In this document: positions 33,114 through 42,043 of the stretch, in pieces | Numbering within the stretch: the first letter of the stretch is position 1 | Layout: each line of letters begins with the position of its first letter | DNA from: an uncultured Chloroflexia bacterium | GTDB lineage: Bacteria > Chloroflexota > Limnocylindria > Limnocylindrales > CSP1-4 | Direction of reading: 5' to 3' | Assembly: GCA_963768655.1 (NCBI GenBank) | Contig: CAVYIM010000004.1 | Span: forward strand, 704,001 to 768,000 | Length of the DNA stretch: 64,000 nucleotides | Notes under the pieces: model-generated | The model's database searches: none | The model's input: only the letters and a program-made list of their open reading frames with translations | Told to the model about the DNA's origin: nothing | Position numbers and translations under genes: made by a program

Positions 33114-34049
33114 GTGAACCGCCTACCGTTCGCCATGCCCGGCCAATTCTGGCGGGGCAACCTGCACACGCACTCGACCCGCTCGGACGGGCACCTGGAT
33201 CCGGCGGCGACGGTGGCGTGGTATCGAGACAACGGCTACGACTTCGTCGCTCTGACCGATCACTTCGTCCGGCGCTTCGGCTACGGGATCACAGATACGA
33301 GGTCCCTGCGCACGGGTGGATTCACGACGCTGATCGGCGCCGAGATGCACGCCCCACGGACGCAAGTCGGGAACCTGTGGCACCTCGTAGCCGCCGGCCT
33401 GCCGATCGACTTCGCCCCGCCGGCGCCGGGCGAGACTGGCCCCCAGCTGGCGGCCCGGGCAGCGGCCGAGGGTGCGTTCGTGATCGTGGCGCATCCGGCC
33501 TACTACGGTCTGACGGTAGCCGACATCGAGACCGTCGACGCGGCCCACGCGCTGGAGATCTACAACGGGGCATCCGCGCTCGCCTACGAGATGGGGGATA
33601 GCGGCCACATCCTTGATGTCCTCATCTCGCGCGGCAGGCGCATCGACGCGTGCGCCACTGACGACGCCCATTTCGAGTATCCGGACTATCCCGATCACGG
33701 TCTCGGATGGGTGGAAGTCAAAGCCGAGGAGAACGACCCGGACGCGATCGTCGCGGCACTTCGAGCCGGTCACTTCTACGCCAGCGAGGGGCCGAAGCTC
33801 CTCGACGTGGCCATCGACGGAGACGAAGTCGTCGTCGCCAGCTCGAGCGTGATGAAGGTGATCGTCTCGGGGGGCGGCGAGCGGTATGAGTGCCGCTACG
33901 GCATCGATCTCACGGAGACTCGCGTGCCCCTCGCGACGTTCCACAACGAAGGCTTCCAGGTGGACCCGGTCCTCGGTACCCACATTCGGATCACCGTGGT
34001 GGACGCGCATGGCAAGCGAGCCTGGACAAACCCCATCTGGCTGAGCTGA
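33114..34049 (+). CDS. PHP-domain metallohydrolase (CehA/McbA-like), probable phosphoesterase
   Basis: GNLHTHSTRSDG, LTDH, GAE, AHP, DDAH and AWTNPIW motifs; GAGGAG RBS before GTG. Confidence 0.88.
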   Translation: MNRLPFAMPGQFWRGNLHTHSTRSDGHLDPAATVAWYRDNGYDFVALTDHFVRRFGYGITDTRSLRTGGFTTLIGAEMHAPRTQVGNLWHLVAAGLPIDFAPPAPGETGPQLAARAAAEGAFVIVAHPAYYGLTVADIETVDAAHALEIYNGASALAYEMGDSGHILDVLISRGRRIDACATDDAHFEYPDYPDHGLGWVEVKAEENDPDAIVAALRAGHFYASEGPKLLDVAIDGDEVVVASSSVMKVIVSGGGERYECRYGIDLTETRVPLATFHNEGFQVDPVLGTHIRITVVDAHGKRAWTNPIWLS

Positions 34050-34143
34050 GGCGCCCATCGGCGGAACAAGCGATCGGGATGAACATGTGGCCGGGTGGCG
34101 CGCGGGCCTACCGGTATGACACGCGGTTCAAGGAGGTTGCGAG

Positions 34144-34356
34144 ATGAACGTTGCGGTTCTCGAGCCTTTCGCCTCCCCAGCGCAAGATGCCGACGCCCGC
34201 GGGTGCGGGCTCGACGCGATCGTCGGCCAGGTCAGCGAATGGATCGACCCCGAAGGCGACGACTGGTTCGCCGCGATCTACCACGAGCTGGCGCAGGAGT
34301 CGCCACAGGCGACTGGCGATCGGCCGGCGTACGAGCTGGAGCACTGGTTCGAGTAG
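34144..34356 (+). CDS. Small acidic hypothetical protein (70 aa)
   Basis: AAGGAGG RBS 7 nt before ATG; GC-ending codons. Confidence 0.6.
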   Translation: MNVAVLEPFASPAQDADARGCGLDAIVGQVSEWIDPEGDDWFAAIYHELAQESPQATGDRPAYELEHWFE

Positions 34357-34475
34357 GCCAGGACGGGCCCGGCGAGTAGGATCAGGCCGACCGGCGGCAT
34401 CGGCCGCGACGGGCCCAACTGGCGCCGGCATCGACGGCGATCGCAAACAGGCGCATCGCCAGGAAGGACTTCGGC

Positions 34476-35000
34476 ATGCACGTCCTCGTCGCCTATGCGA
34501 GCCGCCACGGTGCGACCCAGGGGATCGCCGAGCGCATCGCGGAGACGCTCCGAACGGCCGGCCTGGATGCCGACGCCAGGCCGGCGGCGGCGGTCGAAAG
34601 CCTGAAAGGGTACGACGCGTTCGTGATCGGCAGCGCCGCCTACATGTTCCACTGGGACAAGCGGGCCGCGCGGTTCGTGCGCCGCAACCGCGCGATCCTG
34701 GCCGTGAAGCCTGTCTGGCTGTTCAGCAGCGGACCGCTGGGTGGCGCTCTGGACGCGCAGGGCCGGGACCAGAAGACCGCCGCCGTCCCCAAGGATGTAG
34801 CCGAGTTCATCGCCGCGGTCAACGCCCGTGAGCACCGTGTCTTCTTCGGCGCCTACGAGGGAGGTCGCAAGCCGATCGGGTTTGCCGAACGGTTCGTGTC
34901 GATGATGCCGGCGGCCCGGGAGGCTTTGCCCACGGGCGATTTCCGAGACTGGCCGGAGATCGAAGCCTGGGCTGCCAGCATCGCCCACGACCTCGCCTGA
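34476..35000 (+). CDS. Flavodoxin-domain protein (HemG/Flavodoxin_5-like)
   Basis: YASRHGAT, VIGSAAY, WLFSSGP and GDFRDW motifs. Confidence 0.88.
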   Translation: MHVLVAYASRHGATQGIAERIAETLRTAGLDADARPAAAVESLKGYDAFVIGSAAYMFHWDKRAARFVRRNRAILAVKPVWLFSSGPLGGALDAQGRDQKTAAVPKDVAEFIAAVNAREHRVFFGAYEGGRKPIGFAERFVSMMPAAREALPTGDFRDWPEIEAWAASIAHDLA

Positions 35001-35035
35001 CGCCTGGCGGCCGGCGTCCCCACGAACGACCGAAG

Positions 35036-36214
35036 TCAGCGTCCGGCGTCGGGTGGAAGCTCGACCGATTCCTGGTGCACGAGGATGCCACGGCGCGCGA
35101 GGTCGGCGAAGACCAGGTGCGGCCTGAAGGCCTCCTCGGGCGTGATCACTCCGGTGCGGGCGACCTCGCCCCGGGCCAGCATCTGCGCGCCGATCGCCAT
35201 TGGAATGCCGACGTTTCGAGTGTAGGCGCGCAGCTTCTCCCATCCTGGCACGGATCCGTCCGAGGCCGGGTGAGTGTGCGTCAGCGTGTGGCGCCAGCGG
35301 CGGCCATCGGCTATCCCGGTCACCTCGACGTGCAGGGCATAGCCGTAGAGGTCCGTTTCGGTGCCCTCCCTGGAGTTGAGCAGGTATTCGGCGATGCAAT
35401 CGAGGACGCCGGCGCTGGTGTCCCCGACGCTGATCCGGTCGTTGCGCATGAAGCCCCAGTCGTACAGGGCTCGCATCAGCTGCATGTTCCTGGCCGGCCA
35501 CGTGCCGCGCACCTCGATCAGGCGCACGCCTTTGTGCCCGAGCGCCTTCGCCAGCGTCTTCGTCTCCGCATGCGGAACTACGTACTGCGTCGTCAGGCCG
35601 TAGGGTTCGGGCAGCCGAACTTCGCGTGGCCTGGCAAACGGCGGAACCTGCAGGAAGTGCCCATCCTCGAACACCACCCTGCCCGGGAGGGCGGGATCGT
35701 ACTCGTACGTGGTGGTTTCCGCGATCGAGCGCGAGAAGGCGATCGGTCTATAGGCGCCGTGGCTCACCCTTACGGTGTCGACTGCGTCGAGTTGGTCCGC
35801 CGCAGTCATGGCCATCATCTGGGTCACGCCCGGCGTCATCCCGAAGCCAGGCACGCAGGTCCGGCGATGCTCGCGGAACACCGGATCCGAGGCGTCCTCC
35901 TCGCCGAAGCCGTTGAGGTTGATGGCGTGGCAGCCGGCCCGGGCGATGAGCGCGGTGGAGAGCCCGTTCAGGGCAATGGTGGTGCCGTCCAGCACGACGT
36001 CGTAGCCGCTCATCCTGGCCATCGCCTCGTCGGCATTGTGGATGTCTATATGGGCGAAATCCACGCGCGCATCGTCGAGCTGGGCGACCACCGCCCGGGC
36101 CACGGGCTCGTTGGTGTCGGCCACGGTTATCTGCTCGAAATCGGAGAACTGGACCAGGTCGAGCGCAGCTTCCCGGCAGATCCTGCCGGCACCACCGAGG
36201 CAGAGAGCTCTCAT
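35036..36214 (-). CDS. Saccharopine dehydrogenase/lysine 6-dehydrogenase-family NAD(P) oxidoreductase
   Basis: LGGAGRI Rossmann motif with an acidic residue after beta2 (VADTN); GFGMTPG, PH.ET and GVITPEEAF motifs. Confidence 0.85.
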   Translation of the reverse strand: MRALCLGGAGRICREAALDLVQFSDFEQITVADTNEPVARAVVAQLDDARVDFAHIDIHNADEAMARMSGYDVVLDGTTIALNGLSTALIARAGCHAINLNGFGEEDASDPVFREHRRTCVPGFGMTPGVTQMMAMTAADQLDAVDTVRVSHGAYRPIAFSRSIAETTTYEYDPALPGRVVFEDGHFLQVPPFARPREVRLPEPYGLTTQYVVPHAETKTLAKALGHKGVRLIEVRGTWPARNMQLMRALYDWGFMRNDRISVGDTSAGVLDCIAEYLLNSREGTETDLYGYALHVEVTGIADGRRWRHTLTHTHPASDGSVPGWEKLRAYTRNVGIPMAIGAQMLARGEVARTGVITPEEAFRPHLVFADLARRGILVHQESVELPPDAGR

Positions 36215-36347
36215 GCTGGCGATCCCTTTCGAGCTGGGAGCGTGCGTGTCGGGTGGCCCCCGGCTCCCTCAGATACAGCCGCCGAGCATGCAACCAGGCC
36301 GGGCATGGAGCCAAGATCGAATGACCCGGTGATGGTCAGCGCCACGC

Positions 36348-37178
36348 TCAGGGTCGCTCGCCGAGGGCCACGCGGATTTCGATGTCGTCGAGAACGGGCG
36401 GCAGCTCGGCGATCGACTCGACCAGATAGTGAGCTCCCTGGGCGCGCAGGATCCCGGACGCCTCGCGAATGAGGCCGGCCCGTTCGCGCGGCTTCAGAGA
36501 TGCCAGCTCGTCTTCGGACAATCCCACGTAGGTCCCGGTTCGGGTCACGCCCACGGTCCAGGTTCCGGCGTTGATGCCCTCGTCGATGTCCGCCTTCGTG
36601 TCGCCGACCTTGGCCACGGCCCACGGCGGGAACACCCGCAGCGCCTCCATGACCCGCAGCAACATCCACGGCTCGGGCCGCCCGGCCGGGACCTCGTCCG
36701 CGCAGACCATCACGTCGGGCTCGTAGCCCCGACTCGCGGCCTCGCGGGCGGCGATGTCGCCGACGCTGCGCGGATAGCCCGTCGTCGATCCGACGCGATA
36801 GCCGCGCGCCCGGATCTCCGCGATGGCCTCCACGGTTCCGGGGATCAGATCGCAGAAGCGCGGCAGCACCGCCTCCTGGATCGGGACCAGGGCCTGGTAG
36901 ATCGCCTGGACATCGGTCTCGGTGCATGGGGCGTCGTGGACTCGTTGCCACTCCGCCGCCACCGCGGGATCGGCCGCGATGGCCCGGATGTGGTCGAGCT
37001 TGTATATGCCCATCGGCCCGCGCGCCTGGGCAATGGTGATCTCCACCCCGAACTGGCCGAAGGCCGAAACGAAGGCCCCAACCGGCGCCAGTGAGCCGTG
37101 ATCCTGGGTCGTTCCCGCCCAATCGAGCACGACCGCGCGCAGTCGCCGGCGAGGGTGCCTCGGCTCGGTCGCGGTCAT
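36348..37178 (-). CDS. phnX: Phosphonoacetaldehyde hydrolase (phosphonatase)
   Basis: DWAGTTQDHGS, PMGIYKLDHI (Schiff-base Lys), STTGY, GRPEPW and VGDT..DIDEGINAG motifs. Confidence 0.95.
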   Translation of the reverse strand: MTATEPRHPRRRLRAVVLDWAGTTQDHGSLAPVGAFVSAFGQFGVEITIAQARGPMGIYKLDHIRAIAADPAVAAEWQRVHDAPCTETDVQAIYQALVPIQEAVLPRFCDLIPGTVEAIAEIRARGYRVGSTTGYPRSVGDIAAREAASRGYEPDVMVCADEVPAGRPEPWMLLRVMEALRVFPPWAVAKVGDTKADIDEGINAGTWTVGVTRTGTYVGLSEDELASLKPRERAGLIREASGILRAQGAHYLVESIAELPPVLDDIEIRVALGERP

Positions 37179-38842
37179 CGGCCGGCCCCGGCGCTCGAGC
37201 TTCCCTGCGCAACTGCGTCCGCCCTCGCGGACGTGCCGGCTCCGCTCGACAACTGAGCTGCCGCGTTGACCAGCCTGGCTTCGGCGAGGGCCCGTCCCAG
37301 GGACTCGACGAAGCCGCCGAGGACCTCGAGCTCCAGTGCCCCGAGCGTGCAGACCCGGAAGGTCGTCTTCGCCGCCTGTCCGAGCCCGGCGTAGATGACG
37401 TACCCGTCGCGCTTGACGGCGTCATGCAGACGGTCGTAGTCGACGCCGTCCGGCAGCCTCAGGCTTCGAACGGATGACGACCGGTCGGCGGCGGCGACCG
37501 TCGCTTCCAGGCCCATCTTCGCGAACGCGAGGTCCAGGTAGGCGCCTCGCGCTCGGTACTCGCTGCGGCGGTGGTCGAGGCCCTCATCGAGGAGCTCATC
37601 GAGGGCCGCCTCCAGGCCATACACCGCCGGCACGGCCGGCGTGAATGGAACGCTCGACTTGCTCTGAGCCTCGAGGTAACCGGGTATGTCCAGGTACAGC
37701 GAGTGCCGTGGCGCCTCGTAGGCCCGCGCGGCACCGGCGGGGGAGAGGAGCACGAAGGCCGTTCCGGGCAAACCGTGGAGGCACTTGTTGGAAGTGCACG
37801 CCATCAGGTCGATGCCGGTGCCGGCCAGTCGCAGTTCCTCAGCCCCGAACGAGCTTATGGCGTCCACCGCGACGCGAACGTCTCGAGCTCCGGCCATTGC
37901 CGCGATCTCTTGGACGGGGTTCAGCAGGCCGGTCGTGGTCTCGTGATGGACGACCGCCACGGCGTCGATGGTGGGGTCGGCATCGAGGGCAGCGGCAACG
38001 GCCACCGGGTCGATCGGCTCGGTCTCCGCCGCGCGTAACGGCACGACGCCGATCCCCAACCGCTCGGCGATCGTGGCGAGGCGGTCGCCATAGACGCCGT
38101 TGCGGCAGACGAGCAGTCGCCGGCCTTCACGGACCGACGCACCGACCATCGCCTCCATCGCGGCCGTCCCTGATCCCGCGATCAGGGCCAGGCTCCAGTC
38201 GGAGTCGACACCCGCCACACGGAGGAGCTTCTCCTTGATGCGGACGAAGATCTCCGAGTATTCGGGTTCACGGTGGCAGAGATCCGGCCCGGCTACAGCG
38301 TGATGGATCCGATCGCTGACCACCGCAGGGCCCGGATTGAGCAGCACACGCTGGCGATGGCGCCTATCGCTCCCGTACAGAGTGGCGTCGGTGGCGGCGA
38401 GATCGTCTGGCCCGATGATGCGGTCGGGCTGACCGCGCAGCAGGGCCAGCCGGGCCGCGGATCCGTTCGTCGCGATCCCGATGACGGCCCCGGCTCCGGC
38501 GCGCCGGCCGGCCTCCAACGCGTCGCGCGAGCCGCCCAGCAGCCCCAGGCGCCGGACATCGGGCACATCCGCCGCGGCCAGTGCCACGAGGAGTCCGAAC
38601 GGCGCCGGCGGCAGCGGCCCGCGGACCACGACGTCGGCCAGCCGTCGCTCGACTGGCGTGGGCATGACATCGTCCGGGACGACCAGGACCACTGCTGCGC
38701 CATCCTTGCGGACTCGCTCCAACTCGGAGGCGAGGGTCGTCTGGGCGATCGGCGGCAGGTCGCCCGCGAACAAGGTCCATACCGAGATGGCGCGGTCCTC
38801 GGCCCAGGATCGAACGGTCGCGACGGTGTCGGCGTAGGGCAT
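37175..38842 (-). CDS. phnW: 2-aminoethylphosphonate-pyruvate transaminase with an N-terminal degenerate HAD (phosphonatase-like) domain
   Basis: LLNPGP, CHREPEY, GSGTAAME, NGVYGDR, VHHETTTGLLNP, DAISSFG, SNKCLHG and PFTP motifs. About 165 extra N-terminal residues; start may be 38842 or 38878. Confidence 0.88.
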   Translation of the reverse strand: MPYADTVATVRSWAEDRAISVWTLFAGDLPPIAQTTLASELERVRKDGAAVVLVVPDDVMPTPVERRLADVVVRGPLPPAPFGLLVALAAADVPDVRRLGLLGGSRDALEAGRRAGAGAVIGIATNGSAARLALLRGQPDRIIGPDDLAATDATLYGSDRRHRQRVLLNPGPAVVSDRIHHAVAGPDLCHREPEYSEIFVRIKEKLLRVAGVDSDWSLALIAGSGTAAMEAMVGASVREGRRLLVCRNGVYGDRLATIAERLGIGVVPLRAAETEPIDPVAVAAALDADPTIDAVAVVHHETTTGLLNPVQEIAAMAGARDVRVAVDAISSFGAEELRLAGTGIDLMACTSNKCLHGLPGTAFVLLSPAGAARAYEAPRHSLYLDIPGYLEAQSKSSVPFTPAVPAVYGLEAALDELLDEGLDHRRSEYRARGAYLDLAFAKMGLEATVAAADRSSSVRSLRLPDGVDYDRLHDAVKRDGYVIYAGLGQAAKTTFRVCTLGALELEVLGGFVESLGRALAEARLVNAAAQLSSGAGTSARADAVAQGSSSAGAGR

Positions 38843-38902
38843 CGTGGCAAGAACCTCGCTGTCGGCGCGGCCGCACATAGAATCACCGCCGCCTCTGCGC
38901 GA

Positions 38903-38962
38903 AGGGTGCCGGGACAGCATTAACGCGCCGCGAACGCCCGGTTAACTGGCGTCGCCCACGCT
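38903..38962. promoter_or_regulatory. Bidirectional putative Pho-box promoter (phnW leftward, hydrolase rightward)
   Basis: Plus strand: ATTAAC-N5-GCGAAC-N5-GTTAAC-N10-CACGCT. Minus strand: GTTAAC-N5-GTTCGC-N5-GTTAAT-N10-CACCCT. Confidence 0.75.
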
Positions 38963-38996
38963 CACTGGGTTGAGCACGACATCGTTGAGGTCGGGC

Positions 38997-40115
38997 ATGG
39001 CAGACACTCCTCGGATCGTCCTCCTGGCCTTCGATGGGTTTCCGCTTCGACACTTCCGACCGACTGTCACGCCGAACCTCTGGCGCCTGGGTCAGGAAGG
39101 CGGGTTCAGTCCGGAAGGCGGCCGAAGCGGTCTCCCGTCCACGACGTATCCGGGTTTTGCGTCATTGCTCACAGGCGCGAGGCAGGGAACGACGGGAGTA
39201 CGGACCACAGCTCAGAGGTCAGGGCCAGTTCCGGGATGGGCAGGCAAGGATCGGATCCTCGTCCCGACTATCGTCCACGCGGCCAATGAGGCCGGGCTGA
39301 AGACCGCAGCCGTCGTCGGCGACCACAAGCTTGCCCGAGTGCTTCGCTTCGATCAGCTGGAGCGGGCCTGGCCACCGGGGGCGACGGTGCCCGTCGGAAC
39401 GGAGCTGGACGCGCACGGCTACCCGACGAATTCCGCCGTCCGCGGTCCCGCCCTGGAGGCAATCGCCGACTCGAGTGTCGACCTGGTGTTCGTCCACCTC
39501 AACGAGACCGACACGCTCGGCCACGACCTGGGGCCGAGCGCCCCGGCAACCGCAGAGTGCGTCCGGGCCGCCGACGCGCTGGTGAGCGAGATGATCGACG
39601 CCCTGAGTCCGGATTGGGACCGGACGCTGGTGGCCGTCGTCTCCGACCACGACATGGCGCGGCGCCTGCCGCTGCCCCCCATCGACCCGAGCGCCGGCCG
39701 CGACTGCGCCGGGCTCGTCGACGACTGGATCGCGGACGGATGTGCCGCGTGGGTCCGCCTGACCCCCGGCGCCGATCATCACATGGCCATCAGCAGGCTC
39801 GCGGGGCTGGAGGGCGTCGAAAGCTGGCGCTGGCGCGAGCCCGCCACTCTTCTGCTGCTGGCCGCTCCGGGCCGCGTCTTTGCGGCTCCACGGATCCCCG
39901 CCGCGGGCGTGCACGGGTCCGCGCAGACGGCTCGAACCCTGGCCATCGTCGGCGGTGGCCATCCGGTCGCGGTCGAGCTTGGGCGCGCCATCGGCGTGCG
40001 GCCGCCGCGGCTGCGGGATTGGGCGCCGACGCTCGCGCCGGTGCTGGGCATCGACCTCCCCGACGCCGACGGGCTGAACATGCTCGAAGCGTGTGAGATC
40101 GCCTCTGCCGGCTGA
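38997..40115 (+). CDS. Alkaline-phosphatase-superfamily hydrolase (NPP/phosphodiesterase or PhnA-like), cytoplasmic
   Basis: LAFDG, PSTTYP (Thr nucleophile), DTLGH, SDH and GVHGS metal motifs; no signal peptide. Confidence 0.85.
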   Translation: MADTPRIVLLAFDGFPLRHFRPTVTPNLWRLGQEGGFSPEGGRSGLPSTTYPGFASLLTGARQGTTGVRTTAQRSGPVPGWAGKDRILVPTIVHAANEAGLKTAAVVGDHKLARVLRFDQLERAWPPGATVPVGTELDAHGYPTNSAVRGPALEAIADSSVDLVFVHLNETDTLGHDLGPSAPATAECVRAADALVSEMIDALSPDWDRTLVAVVSDHDMARRLPLPPIDPSAGRDCAGLVDDWIADGCAAWVRLTPGADHHMAISRLAGLEGVESWRWREPATLLLLAAPGRVFAAPRIPAAGVHGSAQTARTLAIVGGGHPVAVELGRAIGVRPPRLRDWAPTLAPVLGIDLPDADGLNMLEACEIASAG

Positions 40116-40242
40116 GCCGGCCGCACCGGGGGGTCGTGCCAGGTGCCAGGGTGGGTCGCGCCGTGACCCGTCGGCGCCCGCTTGCCGCCGATGCGCTACC
40201 CTCGCGGTGGTTGCCCACAGGCGAGCGAGGTATCGCGCGAAA

Positions 40243-41202
40243 ATGAGTCGTCCCCGGCCATCCGGCTTCCAGGCGATCGCTCTCGCCCTGGTCGTCGCCG
40301 TGGCGGCCTGCTCGAACGCGGCGGGAACGTCGCCGCGCCCCAGCCCCGTTCCCTCGTCGGCGGCGCCGAGCGAGGCGCTCGGTTCATCCACGCCCACGCC
40401 GCCGGTCGCCGGGGACTCACTCCCGACCGATACGTCATCCCCGACGACGCCGGTTCCGGTCCAGCCCTCGACGCCCGCGCCGAGCCCGAAGGCAGCGTCC
40501 GGCACCTGGACCCTCGACGTCTACGACGCTCGAGCCGTGCGCTGGCAGAATCCCGACCTGGACGCATGTACCGCCGCCTCGGCTCTGATCATGCTCAACA
40601 TGGCGGACTACTGGCCGGACTACCTGCCATTGGGTGCCCTCGATCCGGTGCCGTCGCCACCGCGCGACTGGAAGCCGGACGTCACCTATGCGCGCCAGGA
40701 ATCGATCCTGGCCTATCAGCGGGCGACTGGCACGATGTCGCTCTCGTGGCCTGGTGCGGACGCTCACGGCTGGCGCAACTCGCTCAACTACTACGGCTGG
40801 GGCAGCATCAAGGCGGGCGTCTACGCCGACCAGGCATTCACCTCGTTCGACGCTGCCGTCCGAGCGACCGTCACGGCAATCGCGCTGTACCGCAAGCCCG
40901 TCGGGATCCTGAGCATGGCGGGGAATCACGCCCAGATCGTCACCGGCTACAAAGTCACGGGCGGGGATCCCCGGACGGGCACGACCAGCTTCACTGTCGT
41001 CGGCGTCTACCTGACCGATCCCCTGCAATCCCACGGCTACCGCGACTACTACGCACCTCTCGCGACCTTGAAGTCGGGTGGCAAGACGATCAGATTCACG
41101 CCCTACGAGATGACGAATTCGCCCAAGGTGGACCCCATCGACGGCCAGCAGGGCAACGCCGAATGGGACGGTAAGTGGGTGACGGTCGCGCCGGTTCGGT
41201 AG
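40243..41202 (+). CDS. Lipoprotein with a papain-like (C39-like) peptidase domain
   Basis: VAAC lipobox and Ser/Pro linker; Q...ACTAAS, GNHAQIVTGY and LTDP give a Cys-His-Asp triad pattern. Confidence 0.65.
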   Translation: MSRPRPSGFQAIALALVVAVAACSNAAGTSPRPSPVPSSAAPSEALGSSTPTPPVAGDSLPTDTSSPTTPVPVQPSTPAPSPKAASGTWTLDVYDARAVRWQNPDLDACTAASALIMLNMADYWPDYLPLGALDPVPSPPRDWKPDVTYARQESILAYQRATGTMSLSWPGADAHGWRNSLNYYGWGSIKAGVYADQAFTSFDAAVRATVTAIALYRKPVGILSMAGNHAQIVTGYKVTGGDPRTGTTSFTVVGVYLTDPLQSHGYRDYYAPLATLKSGGKTIRFTPYEMTNSPKVDPIDGQQGNAEWDGKWVTVAPVR

Positions 41203-41254
41203 GCGGCGCCCTCGCCTGGCCCGCGCCCGCGGCCGAGGCGCCGCCGCCGCGGTC

Positions 41255-42043
41255 TCAAGGATTCAGGTCTTCGACCTCGCCCGTAGCCAGGAAAACCACG
41301 TCCTCCGCGATGTTCGTGACACGGTCGCCGATGCGCTCGAGGTAGTGCGCCGCGAACAGGATCCGCGTGCCGGGGTCGACCTTGGCCGGGTCGGTCCGCA
41401 TCTCGGCCAGGACGTCGTCGAAGCACTGGTGGTAGAGGCGATCGATCTCGTCGTCCCGAGCGGCCACCTCGCGGGCGCGCTTCTCGTCGATGTCGACCAG
41501 GGCCATCACGACGTCCCGGACCTGCCGGGCGGCAAGCGTCGCCATGGGAGTGAGCTCGTCGTAGGTCACCATGCTCACGATGCCGGCGAGCTTGCGAGCC
41601 TGCTTGGCCACAGACCCGGCGTGGTCGCCCATCCTCTCGAGTTCGTACGTAACCCGATCAAGGGCCAGCAGGAAGCGCAGGTCGCGCGCCACCGGCGCCT
41701 GGGTCGCGATCGTCATGGCCACCAGCGCCGACACGCCGCGCTGGACCTCGTTGATGCGACCGTCGGATACGATGACCTGTCGGGCCAGCTCCGCGTCGCG
41801 GTTCACGATCGACTCGAGCGCGGCCAGGATCTGCTCCTCGACATAGGTCCCCATTCGCAGAACGCCGTCCTTGACGTCCCTCATCTCCGTGTCGAGGCTC
41901 TCGCGCATGTGCTGGGCGTGTCGTTCCGCCTCGGACATCGCGTCGTCGAAGGCTGAGGTGGCAGTTCCGGATTCGGCAACCGGGGCGCCGGCCGCCCGAT
42001 CGAGTGACTGCATCGTCGACTCCTCGTGCTGCTGGGCGCTCAT
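41255..42043 (-). CDS. phoU: Phosphate signalling protein PhoU
   Basis: [24 protein letters not shown] and [13 protein letters not shown] motifs; coupled to pstB. Confidence 0.95.
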   Translation of the reverse strand: MSAQQHEESTMQSLDRAAGAPVAESGTATSAFDDAMSEAERHAQHMRESLDTEMRDVKDGVLRMGTYVEEQILAALESIVNRDAELARQVIVSDGRINEVQRGVSALVAMTIATQAPVARDLRFLLALDRVTYELERMGDHAGSVAKQARKLAGIVSMVTYDELTPMATLAARQVRDVVMALVDIDEKRAREVAARDDEIDRLYHQCFDDVLAEMRTDPAKVDPGTRILFAAHYLERIGDRVTNIAEDVVFLATGEVEDLNP

